Positions 19,349 to 28,216 of a stretch of DNA of 64,000 nucleotides are shown piece by piece. The notes beneath the pieces are model-generated. The model was given only the letters and a program-made list of their open reading frames with translations, had not been told where the DNA came from and ran no database searches. Location of the stretch: contig CAVQJC010000020.1 in the NCBI GenBank assembly GCA_963712745.1, forward strand, positions 544,001-608,000, written 5' to 3'. Position 1 is the stretch's first letter. Each line of letters opens with the position of its first letter. This stretch comes from an uncultured Chloroflexia bacterium (lineage in GTDB: Bacteria; Chloroflexota; Limnocylindria; Limnocylindrales; CSP1-4). Made by a program: the position numbers and the translations under genes.

Positions 19349-19407
19349 GGCGGGCCGGCGGAGGGCTCTTCTTCGGGGCCGATCGGCTATCCCGCCGGGC
19401 AGAAGGG

Positions 19408-20187
19408 CTATGTCGACGGATCGGTGACGCGGATCTCGAACATCTGGGGCCAGTACTTGCCGGTGACCAGGAACGTACCGGAGGTCTCGTCCCAGGCGAT
19501 GCCATTGAGCACCGCGCCCCGGACCGTCTCGGCCGGATGGGGCTCCAGCAGCCCGTGCATGTCGAGCACACCGGTGACACGCCCGTCCTGGGGGTCGATG
19601 CGCACGATGAGATCGCGCATCCAGACGTTGGCCCAGACCGAGCCATCGACGCACTCGAGCTCGTTGAGCTCGTCCAGCGGCTGCCCTTCGAGCGTGACCT
19701 CGACCGAACCGGTGGGCTCGAAGGTAGCGGCATCGCGGAACGTGAGCGAGGAGCTGCCGTCGCTCATGACCAGCCGATCCCCGTCGTAGCAGAGACCCCA
19801 GCCTTCCCCCTCGTACGAGTGCGACCCGACCAGGTCGAAGGACTCGACGTCCCATTGCAGCGCGATGCCGGCCCTCCAGGTGAGCTGGACGAGCTCGTCG
19901 CCCACGAGTTCCAGGCCCTCACCGAAAAGCGCGTCGCTGAGCGAGCGGGAGCGGAGCAGCCGTCCGCTAGCGGGATCGACCTCGCGTAGCGTCGATCTGC
20001 CCCACTGGCCGGTGGACTCGAAGAGACGACCGTGATCGTCGAGCAGAAGACCCTGGGTATAGGCAGCCCCATCGTGTGGCCGACGCGAAACCACTTCCCA
20101 GTCCAGTCGCAGTTCCGGCTCGTCCGATGCGACAACGGGGCCGCACGCCAGGACCAGGAGCATCGCCAGCAAGGGCACCGTGCGCAT
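19408..20187 (-). CDS. Glutaminyl-peptide cyclotransferase (bacterial/plant type), exported
   Basis: PHD..AYTQGL, ESTG, FGEG, QLTW, EGWGL, NELE, WANVW, LNGIA and TGKYWP motifs; N-terminal signal peptide. Confidence 0.92.
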   Translation of the reverse strand: MRTVPLLAMLLVLACGPVVASDEPELRLDWEVVSRRPHDGAAYTQGLLLDDHGRLFESTGQWGRSTLREVDPASGRLLRSRSLSDALFGEGLELVGDELVQLTWRAGIALQWDVESFDLVGSHSYEGEGWGLCYDGDRLVMSDGSSSLTFRDAATFEPTGSVEVTLEGQPLDELNELECVDGSVWANVWMRDLIVRIDPQDGRVTGVLDMHGLLEPHPAETVRGAVLNGIAWDETSGTFLVTGKYWPQMFEIRVTDPST

Positions 20188-20586
20188 GGGCCAAGTCTGA
20201 CGCAATGGGCAGCAGGAGCAGAAGGGCGCCGGCCGCTCGCCTGCCTGAGCGTAACCGGCGCTATCGAGAGGCTATGCGCGCCAAGGCGTCGTGGGCATCG
20301 TCATGTCAGCGCCCCCGGCGGTGGGCCGGACGTACGGGGACCACGCCACCAGACCCCAGCCTCCACCCCGACAGCCGACCGGACCACCCTGCAACGAGCG
20401 CGGCGTCCGCTACTACGATGACACTGGAACGGACTTGAGAGACGACGTCCGCTGGGCGATACTGCGTCCACGAGCGCGAGGCGCGGCCGATGGTCCTGTG
20501 TCCAGCGGGAACCGAGTGGGCCATCGCGACTGGGGCAGAAACCGCTAGATTACGTCCAAGCCTGTCACACATGGAGGGATGACCCG

Positions 20587-21108
20587 ATGTCCGGTCCAGA
20601 GAGCGAAACCCCCAAGAAGACGACCAAGGCGGCCAAGGCCCAAGTGCCCGAGCCAGAGGCCGCGCAGTCGAGCGGCCCGTCCCAGACGGCTCAGGCCACG
20701 GCCGCCGCGTCGGCTGCGGTAGGCGTCGTGCGCGAGAAGCTCGTCGCCGGTGAGCAGTTGGTGCTCACGGCCGCGCTGGCGATCGTCCTGGTCGTCTATC
20801 TCCTGTTCGAGTTCCTGCTCGACTACCGCGTCATCAGCAACTTCACCGTCCTCGTCGCTGTGCTTTCGATCCTCGCCATCTGGATCCATCGCTGGGGCCA
20901 TTACGACTTCGGTAGCGCCTACCGCATCGTCATCGGCGCGCTGGGTCTGTCGCTGGCGCTCTTCGCGATCATGAACTTCCTGGAGTGGGCGCGCGCAGGT
21001 GGCGGCGCGGGAGAATTCCTCCGCCTCATCGGCTTCATCATCTACTGGATCAGCGGCCTCGCAGCCGGCTACGGCGCCTGGCTGGTCTTCCGCATCCGCG
21101 AGGACTGA
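20587..21108 (+). CDS. Hypothetical integral membrane protein (about 4 TM)
   Basis: GGAGG RBS, high GC3, four hydrophobic segments after a disordered N-terminus. Confidence 0.75.
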   Translation: MSGPESETPKKTTKAAKAQVPEPEAAQSSGPSQTAQATAAASAAVGVVREKLVAGEQLVLTAALAIVLVVYLLFEFLLDYRVISNFTVLVAVLSILAIWIHRWGHYDFGSAYRIVIGALGLSLALFAIMNFLEWARAGGGAGEFLRLIGFIIYWISGLAAGYGAWLVFRIRED

Positions 21109-21195
21109 CCGCCCAGAGGACCGACGCCGACCGCGCATGCGGTCGTCTCTCATGCTCGACCGGGTCGCCCCCGACGGCGGCCCGGTCTTCGATTC

Positions 21196-21204
21196 TGTGG
21201 ATAA
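21196..21204 (-). promoter_or_regulatory. Single perfect DnaA box (TTATCCACA)
   Basis: TGTGGATAA on the + strand in a roughly 430-bp intergenic region; only one copy seen. Confidence 0.35.
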
Positions 21205-21539
21205 CTTGGGTGCTCCTCGCGGGTCGACGGGTAGGCAGCCTCCCTGATGCCCTGCTAGGCTTGGGCCACCAGCCCACTCCAACGAGGCTTGCCAAACCAA
21301 AGACCCGCCGTCCCAGCGGCAGGGCCCGGTGCGAACGACCGCCGTGGTCAGTCGTACCGCCAGTCGGGCCCACGCGGCATCCCCAGATGTGGCCATGCTC
21401 GACGTTCGTCCCGGACTCACGTGTCCGGTGACCCGGTCCGGATCCCCAGTTCCGTGACCGACCTTCCTCCTGTCCTGCCCCTGCGCGGCTCTGTCGCCGC
21501 CGTTCGCCTCTGCGTTCGCGCGCGGCCCAGGAGGCATCT

Positions 21540-22838
21540 GTGCCCGAACCCTCTACAGGCGCCCGCGAGGCCCTCAAGACCCCCGCCCGCGCCAGTCGAC
21601 GCTCCGTCGCGCTGCGTGTCGCGATCGGTGCCGTCCTCGCCCTCTCCGTGCTGGCCATCCCGGAAGTGGCCGAGCCCGGGCCGGCGACCGCCGCATCTTC
21701 CTGCACGGGCTGGACCAGCCACGCCTCACCTCCGCGCACCATCCGTGTCCTCAATAGCAGGTCAGGCCAGGTCCAGACGGTAGCTTTCCGCAAGTACGTG
21801 GCCCAGGTCATGGCCTCCGGAGAGTGGCCGACTCGCCTGCGCTTGGCCACCCTCGAAGCCGGCGCCATCGCCACCAAGCAGTACGGCTGGTACTACGCCA
21901 TGGAAGGCAACCACCGCTCCGGATACGTGGCAGGTGGCAAGTGCTACGACGTGGCCGACACCACCAGTGACCAGCTCTACCGCCACTGGGCCAAGCCGAC
22001 GGCCCGGCAGCAGAAGGCGGTCGACCGGACCTGGGACTTGACCCTGCGCAAGAACAACCGCTTCTTCCTGACCGGCTACCGGCAGGGCACCAACGGCACC
22101 TGCGCAGCAGATGCCAACGGCTGGAAGCTGTTCGAGAGGAGCATCGACGCCTGTGCCCGCAAGGGATGGTCGAGCACGCGCATCCTCAGGACCTACCTCG
22201 GCCCCAACTTCAAGATCGTACGTTCGGACACCATGGGCCCGGTCCTCAAGGACCCGACGCTCAGGCTCGAGAGCGGCAACGTCCTGCCGGGCGCTGCCAC
22301 CATCGACTGGGGCAAGTTGTCCAGCCAGGACCAGATCGCCGGCTATAGGGTCCAGCGTCGGACCGGTGGCAGCGAGTGGAAGAGCGTCGACCTGGACTTC
22401 CCGCGGGCCAAGACCGCCGACGTCTGGCTCAGGACGGGCAAGGCCAACCGCTTCCGCGTCCGGGCCAAGGATCTCAAGGGCGAGTTCGGGCCATGGGCCT
22501 ACAGCCCGGTCCGCAAAGCCGCCATCCGTGGACCCAAGGGCATCAGCCTCGCCGGCTCGGATGCGACCGTCTCGAGCGCGGGACCCCGGAAGGTCAAGGT
22601 CCGTTTCAAGGGCCGCTCGGCTGCGTTCGTCACCGAGGTCGGGCCCGACATGGGCCGAGCCAAGATCTTCGTCAACGGACGCAAGGTCGCAGTCATCGAC
22701 CTGCAGCGTGACCGCAGCGTCGAGCGCAAGCTGGTGTGGGCCAAGAACTGGTCGAAGAAGAAGGAACGGGTCATCGTGGTGAAGGCCGCCAACCCCGCCC
22801 AGCGCGTGGTCTTCGACGGCATCTTCACGCTGCGCTAG
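21540..22838 (+). CDS. SpoIID/LytB-like domain secreted protein with C-terminal Fn3-like beta domains
   Basis: Signal peptide, YVAQVM..EW...LEAGAIATKQY, CYDV.DTTSDQLY and a later FRVRAKD..GEFGPW segment. GGAGG RBS. Confidence 0.7.
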   Translation: MPEPSTGAREALKTPARASRRSVALRVAIGAVLALSVLAIPEVAEPGPATAASSCTGWTSHASPPRTIRVLNSRSGQVQTVAFRKYVAQVMASGEWPTRLRLATLEAGAIATKQYGWYYAMEGNHRSGYVAGGKCYDVADTTSDQLYRHWAKPTARQQKAVDRTWDLTLRKNNRFFLTGYRQGTNGTCAADANGWKLFERSIDACARKGWSSTRILRTYLGPNFKIVRSDTMGPVLKDPTLRLESGNVLPGAATIDWGKLSSQDQIAGYRVQRRTGGSEWKSVDLDFPRAKTADVWLRTGKANRFRVRAKDLKGEFGPWAYSPVRKAAIRGPKGISLAGSDATVSSAGPRKVKVRFKGRSAAFVTEVGPDMGRAKIFVNGRKVAVIDLQRDRSVERKLVWAKNWSKKKERVIVVKAANPAQRVVFDGIFTLR

Positions 22839-23056
22839 ACCAAGGCCGGGCGGCGGTGACCGGACAGGTCGACAGGGCTACCGTGACCATCGGCTAGGGG
22901 ACGAGCGGGCGGACAGGCGACATGGTCGTCAGGTCATGCCTGCCCTGCCCTGCCGCGCCCGGCACCCCGTTCGGAGCGTGCCGAACTCGCACGATGGCAC
23001 AGCCTCGGTGTACGCTGCGCCGGTCCGATCGGAGCCGCACCGCTGGAGGTCCCTGC

Positions 23057-23905
23057 ATGTCCCGTGTCGTCCGTGGCGCCCTTGTCCAGGCCACCTGGAC
23101 AGGCGACAAGGAGTCGATGATCCAGAAGCACGAGCAGCACGCCCACGAGGCAGCCAAGCAGGGTGCTCAGTTCATCCTCTTCCAGGAGCTCTTCTACGGG
23201 CCCTACTTCTGCCAGGTGCAGGATCCCAAGTACTACGAGTACACCGAGCTCATCCCCGACGGTCCGACCACCGCGCGCATGCAGGACCTGGCCAGGGAGA
23301 CGGGCATGGTCATCGTCGCGCCCATGTACGAGGTGGACGAGACGGCCGCGGGCATCTACTACAACACCTCGGCCATCGTCGATGCCGATGGCAAGTACCT
23401 GGGCAAGTACCGCAAGACGCACATCCCCCATGTCCAGGGCTTCTGGGAGAAGTTCTACTTCCGGCCCGGCAACCTGGGCTACCCCGTCTTCGAGACGGCC
23501 ATCGCCAAGTTCGGCATGTACATCTGCTACGACCGCCACTTCCCCGAGGGTGCTCGAGCCCTGGGCCTCAACGGTGCCGAGATCGTGCTCATCCCCAGCG
23601 CCACCTCGCGCGGGCTCTCCGAGTATCTCTGGCACATCGAGCAGCGGTCGCATGCGGTGGCCAATGGCTACTTCGTGGGCACCATCAACCGCGTGGGCAT
23701 CGAGCCGCTGGGCGACGACGATTTCTACGGCCAGTCCTACTTCTGCGACCCGCGCGGCCAGTACATCGGCGAGATCGGCGACGCACACGAGGAGGAACTG
23801 ATCGTCCGGGACCTCGACCTCGACATGGTCAAGCAGGTGCGCGACACATGGCAGTTCTACCGTGACCGCCGCCCCGACGCCTACGAGGACCTCGTCCGAC
23901 CATAG
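23057..23905 (+). CDS. Nitrilase-family C-N hydrolase, beta-ureidopropionase / N-carbamoyl amidohydrolase-like
   Basis: E-K-C triad (FQELF.GPYFC, YRKTHIP, ICYDRHFPE) plus FWEKFYF. GGAGG RBS before ATG 23057. Confidence 0.88.
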   Translation: MSRVVRGALVQATWTGDKESMIQKHEQHAHEAAKQGAQFILFQELFYGPYFCQVQDPKYYEYTELIPDGPTTARMQDLARETGMVIVAPMYEVDETAAGIYYNTSAIVDADGKYLGKYRKTHIPHVQGFWEKFYFRPGNLGYPVFETAIAKFGMYICYDRHFPEGARALGLNGAEIVLIPSATSRGLSEYLWHIEQRSHAVANGYFVGTINRVGIEPLGDDDFYGQSYFCDPRGQYIGEIGDAHEEELIVRDLDLDMVKQVRDTWQFYRDRRPDAYEDLVRP

Positions 23906-23918
23906 GCCCGACGGCCGG

Positions 23919-25014
23919 GTGAGCGCTCGCCCCGCACGGGATCGGCGCGCTCCTCGCCGGGTTCGCGCTGGCGACGCTGGGCGGGCTCTGGCTGGCCCTC
24001 AGCCTCGTCACCATCCCTGGTACCGAGGGCTGGGGCTACGACTACCAGTCCTATGTGAACGCCGCGGAACGGCTGGCCGAGACCGGCACGCTATACCCGG
24101 ACGAGGCACTGGCGGGGGCCTACCGCACGGGCTCGATCTACAACTACTACTACGCGCCGCCGCTGGGCATCGCCATCGGGCCGCTGGACCAGCTGGGCGG
24201 CGGATCCGCGGTGGCCATCTGGTTCCTGCTGCACGTGGCCGCGCTGGCGGCCGCCTGCGCGCTGATGCCGGTGCCCGTGTGGGTGCGCCTGGCATCCTTC
24301 GGCGTGGTCGCGCTCAGCTTCGGGGCCACCCGCGACCTCGTGCTGGGCAACGTGAGCGTGCTCCTACTCCTGCCGCTGGCCGTGGCCTGGCGGTCCCTCG
24401 ACCGGCCGGTCGGCGCGGTAGCGCAGGCGCTGGCGATGTCGGTACGTCCGATGCTGGGCGTGCTGCTCATCTGGCAGATGCTCCGCCGGCAATGGCGGGC
24501 GGTCGCGTGGACGATCGGCAGCGGGCTGGCCATCATCGCGCTCTCGCTGCCATTCGTCGGCATCGACGGCTATCGCGACTACCTGACGGTGCTGCGAAAC
24601 CTCAGCGGACTGACGGGCGAGGCCCACAACCTCGATCTGAGCTCGACGGCCCTGGCGGCGGGTGCCGACCAGGCGGTCGCACAGCTGGCCCTCCTGGTCA
24701 GCTACGCCATCGGCATCGCTGCCATCGGCCTGAGCCTGCGGCGAGACCGCGAGATCGGTTTCGTGGTGACGGCCATGGCCTCGCTCCTGCTCGTTCCCCT
24801 GCTCTGGGACCACTACCTGGCGATGCTGGCGCTGCCGGCCGCGCTCCTGGCCTCGCGCGGCAGGCCGTGGGGCCTGGCCCTGCCGCTCCTCTCGTGGCTG
24901 CCGGCAGTGGCGATCCCGTTCGTCGTCATCGCCGCCACCTTGCTGCCGTTCACGGCACGCGACGCGGCGCCCGAGCCACCCGCGCCGTCCCCGGAGCCGG
25001 CCCGCGCGCTATGA
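23919..25014 (+). CDS. Glycosyltransferase family 87 (GT-C) membrane protein (probable +1 frameshift at 23938-23940)
   Basis: GYDY.SY, YYYAPP, LGNVS and LLWDHY motifs, multi-TM. The first TM lies upstream of the ORF-track start (24055) and joins GTG 23919 only if one G is removed. Confidence 0.8.
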
Positions 25015-26159
25015 GAAGTGACCGCGGGGCTCGGGCCGGGACCATCCTCTTCAGCGGCCTCGTCTTCAGCGTGGGCCTGCTCTGGCTGATCGGCTACTTC
25101 CTGACGTACCCGCAGGGCGACATCATCGATGGTCGGACCGTGCACGTCCTGGGCGACTTCTGGGGCTTCGACATCGAGGCCTACGTGGCGGCCGCGGCAC
25201 GGCTGCAGGCCGACGGCTCGCTCTACGCGCGCATCCAGGTCGATGCACCATTCATCCCCGGCGGCTACGGGTTCTATCAGTACGCCCCGCCCTTCGGCGT
25301 GGCCATGCTGCCGCTGACCGGCCTGTCCATCGGCGAGGCCGCCGCGGTCTGGTACTTCGTCAAGGTCGCAGCACTGCTCGTGGCGTGCCTGATCATGCCG
25401 GTGAAGCTGCCGGTACGGGCCCTGACCTTCACTTGCATGGCGCTTTCGGCCTGGGTCCTGCACGACCTCATCCTCGGCAACGTGAGCCTCTTCATGCTGC
25501 TGCCACTGGCCATCGCCTGGCGCTTCCTGGACCGTCCTCTCGGTTCGATCGCCGTCGCGGTGGCCATCGCCATCCGGCCCAGTCTTGGCGCCATCCTCAT
25601 CTGGCAGCTGCTGCGCCGGCGCTGGAGGATCGCAGCCTGGACGATCGGGGCCGGGCTCGCGCTGATGGTCCTGAGCCTGCCCTTCGTCGGCATCGACGGC
25701 TATCGCGAGTACATCAGCATCCTCGGGAACCTGCAGATCCCCGGTGCTGGCAGCGACAATCGCGACCTGGGTGCGACCATCGTCGGCATGGGGCTCGACG
25801 AGCGCTGGCTGGCCGTCCTGCGCCTGGGGGGTACGGCGCTCGGACTGGGCTTGATCGTGGCCGGCCTGCGCAAGGACCGTGAGACCGGCTACATGATCGC
25901 GGTCGCGGCCTCGATGCTCCTGGTCGGCCTTCTATGGGAGCACTATCTCATCACGCTGGCCCTGCCACTCGCGCTCATCGCGGACCGCTGGCGCCCGCTG
26001 GTGCTGCTCGTGGTAGGCGTCTCCTACTTGCCGCAGGCCATCACGCCGCTCGTACTGCTGGGCGTGCTCCTGGCGCTCTTCCTCGTGCCCGACCGACGGT
26101 CGGCCGAGCCGGTCCTGGAGCCGCTCGAGGCACGGCGGTTGCCCGCGCCGTCTCCATAG
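25011..26159 (+). CDS. Glycosyltransferase family 87 membrane protein
   Basis: GFDIEAY, YQYAPP, LGNVS and LLWEHY motifs; ATGA overlap with the upstream paralogue. Confidence 0.85.
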   Translation: MRSDRGARAGTILFSGLVFSVGLLWLIGYFLTYPQGDIIDGRTVHVLGDFWGFDIEAYVAAAARLQADGSLYARIQVDAPFIPGGYGFYQYAPPFGVAMLPLTGLSIGEAAAVWYFVKVAALLVACLIMPVKLPVRALTFTCMALSAWVLHDLILGNVSLFMLLPLAIAWRFLDRPLGSIAVAVAIAIRPSLGAILIWQLLRRRWRIAAWTIGAGLALMVLSLPFVGIDGYREYISILGNLQIPGAGSDNRDLGATIVGMGLDERWLAVLRLGGTALGLGLIVAGLRKDRETGYMIAVAASMLLVGLLWEHYLITLALPLALIADRWRPLVLLVVGVSYLPQAITPLVLLGVLLALFLVPDRRSAEPVLEPLEARRLPAPSP

Positions 26160-26177
26160 CGTGTAGGCTGCCCGGCC

Positions 26178-27185
26178 ATGGACTTCGGATTCACGCTCAA
26201 GCCCGAGCACAGCATCGAACGCACCATCGCCCTCACGAAGCAGGCAGAGGCGGCCGGCTTCAGCTACGGCTGGCTGTTCGACTCGCACATCCTGTGGAAG
26301 GACGTGTATCCACTGCTCACGTTGATGGCCGTGAACACCGAGCGCATGCGTCTGGGCACGTGCGTGACCAACCCCGCCACGCGGGACATCACCGTCACCG
26401 CGTCGGTGCTGGCCACGCTCGACCAGATCTCGGGCGGCCGCATGGACCTGGGCATCGGCCGCGGCGACAGCGCCCAGCGCGTGCTGGGCAAGGGGCCCGT
26501 GAAGACGCGAGTCCTGGATAACGCCGTGAGCATCATCAAGGACCTGGTCGAGGGTCGCACCGCCACGTACATGGACACCCAGCTCGATCTCACCTGGACG
26601 CCGGGCTACGACCTGCCGGTGTGGATCGCCGGCTACGGGCCCATGGTGCTGGGCATGGCCGGGCGCACGGCCGACGGCGTCATCCTGCAGCTCGCCGACG
26701 TCGACCTCATCAAGTGGATGATCAGCATCATGCGCGGCGCTGCCGAGGAAGCCGGGCGCGACCCTTCCCACATCAAGGTCCAGGCCGCCGCGCCGGCCCA
26801 CGTCGGCCCCATCGACGAGTGTCGCGAGCGCGTGCGCTGGTTCCCCGCGCTCGTCTCCAACCACGTCGTCGATCTCGTCAGCAAGTACCCCCGTGAGCAG
26901 CTGCCCGACTCGCTCACCGGCTACGTCCGTGACCGCGGGGCCTACGATTACCGGCATCACGCGGAGGTCGGATCGGACAACGCCGAGTTCGTGGTCGACG
27001 AGGTCGCTGACCGCTTCAGCATCGTGGGCCCCCCCGATGAGCATGTGCGCCGCCTCGTGGAGCTGCACCAGGCAGGCGTGGACCAGTTCAACGTCTACCT
27101 CATGAACGGCGACGAAGAAGCTCAGCTGGAGGCCTACGGCCGCGACGTCATCCCCGCGTTCCGAGAGGCCGTGAGCCGAGCCTGA
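26178..27185 (+). CDS. LLM-class F420-dependent oxidoreductase, CPS_4043 (TIGR03842)-like
   Basis: MDFG, W.FDSHILW, GTCVTNPATRD, GIGRGDSA, GYGP, DG.ILQLAD, VSNHV.DLV..Y and YDY.HH motifs. Confidence 0.85.
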   Translation: MDFGFTLKPEHSIERTIALTKQAEAAGFSYGWLFDSHILWKDVYPLLTLMAVNTERMRLGTCVTNPATRDITVTASVLATLDQISGGRMDLGIGRGDSAQRVLGKGPVKTRVLDNAVSIIKDLVEGRTATYMDTQLDLTWTPGYDLPVWIAGYGPMVLGMAGRTADGVILQLADVDLIKWMISIMRGAAEEAGRDPSHIKVQAAAPAHVGPIDECRERVRWFPALVSNHVVDLVSKYPREQLPDSLTGYVRDRGAYDYRHHAEVGSDNAEFVVDEVADRFSIVGPPDEHVRRLVELHQAGVDQFNVYLMNGDEEAQLEAYGRDVIPAFREAVSRA

Positions 27186-27240
27186 CGACCAGGGAGGGCC
27201 CGCGAACGGAAACCGCGGGCCTGTGGCACCATCCCTGCGG

Positions 27241-28164
27241 ATGAGTGGACCAACGAGACCCCCCAGTGGTGGCGCTCCCCGGCAGCCGTGGAAGCCGGAG
27301 CAAGCCCCCAACGGTGTCAGCTGCCCTGCATGTGGCCTTGTCAACGAGGTCGGCGTGCGCACGTGCCGCAATTGCGGCCTGCCGGTCGCCGGCGCGAACG
27401 ACCCCGTACGAGGGGTCGCGCCAGGCCGTGTCGAGATGCCCAGCGCCCAGCGCTCAGGGCTCTCGGCCACCGTCGGCCTGGTGCTGGTCATCGGACTGCT
27501 GCTGGTGGGTGGCACGCTCGCGGTCTCGGGCGGCGGGTTGCTCGGATCGGGCGGCCGCTTCGGCGCTGCTGCCGAGACCCCCTCACCCACGCCGGTGGTG
27601 CTCACCGACCCGCTCACCGGCGAGTCGGTGACGCCGGCGCCCAGCGAAGAGCCCGAGTTGCCCAAGGCCGCCGGTGTCCAGTTCGACTACACCTGCGAGG
27701 ACGCCGCCATCAAGGACCTCAGCCGCGGCAAGTGGCGTCTCAGCGAGGTGCAGGCCGGGGTCCGCACGGACGACGACGGCACCACCTTCGACCAGATCTA
27801 CTGGAAGCTGGCACGGATCTCCAAGCAGAAGCAGAAGAATCCCACCACGGTGACCATGCAGTGGACCACACCCAAGGCCGCCCAGGAGCGCTACGGCATC
27901 CCGCGCGTGCCGGGTACCCGTGCCCTCGTCGTCACCTTCAACGGCCCCGTCGACATCAGCGCGGGACAGACCATCGACTCCTTGCAGTTCGAGAACGAGG
28001 GCATCGACCAGGTCCGGAAGGTCCAGCTCTTCGAGAAGAACGGCAAGGTCCGCACGGTCATCGGCATGCGCGGAGAAAGCTGCGCCCGCATGGCCGGCAT
28101 CGGCTGGAGCAAGAAGTCGAACAAGGCGAACTCACGCGTCGAGCTCGACATCGAGCGCTTCTGA
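27241..28164 (+). CDS. Zinc-ribbon, single-TM protein with an extracellular domain
   Basis: CPACG...CRNCG, a TM helix, a Pro/Thr linker and a Lys-rich C-terminal domain. Confidence 0.7.
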   Translation: MSGPTRPPSGGAPRQPWKPEQAPNGVSCPACGLVNEVGVRTCRNCGLPVAGANDPVRGVAPGRVEMPSAQRSGLSATVGLVLVIGLLLVGGTLAVSGGGLLGSGGRFGAAAETPSPTPVVLTDPLTGESVTPAPSEEPELPKAAGVQFDYTCEDAAIKDLSRGKWRLSEVQAGVRTDDDGTTFDQIYWKLARISKQKQKNPTTVTMQWTTPKAAQERYGIPRVPGTRALVVTFNGPVDISAGQTIDSLQFENEGIDQVRKVQLFEKNGKVRTVIGMRGESCARMAGIGWSKKSNKANSRVELDIERF

Positions 28165-28216
28165 CGCATAGGGCGCTCCTCAGGCATCGCCCGGCTGGCG
28201 ATCGGAGCCGGGCATC

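Noticed and set aside
17735-19855. 706-aa ORF suggesting an aldolase fusion
   Set aside because: The N-terminal ~495 aa are an antisense or off-frame shadow of the lactonase and cyclotransferase genes; the real aldolase starts at 18367.
20206-20586. Short ORFs or an ncRNA in a 380-bp gap (likewise 6290-6530 and 56217-56537)
   Set aside because: No convincing RBS, codon bias or recognisable RNA motif, so no call can be supported.
21109-21539. Replication origin
   Set aside because: Only one DnaA box, no AT-rich unwinding element, and no dnaA or dnaN nearby.
23862-26159. 765-aa fused ORF
   Set aside because: The first half is an off-frame reading of the first GT87 gene; the second GT87 starts at 25011 with an ATGA overlap.
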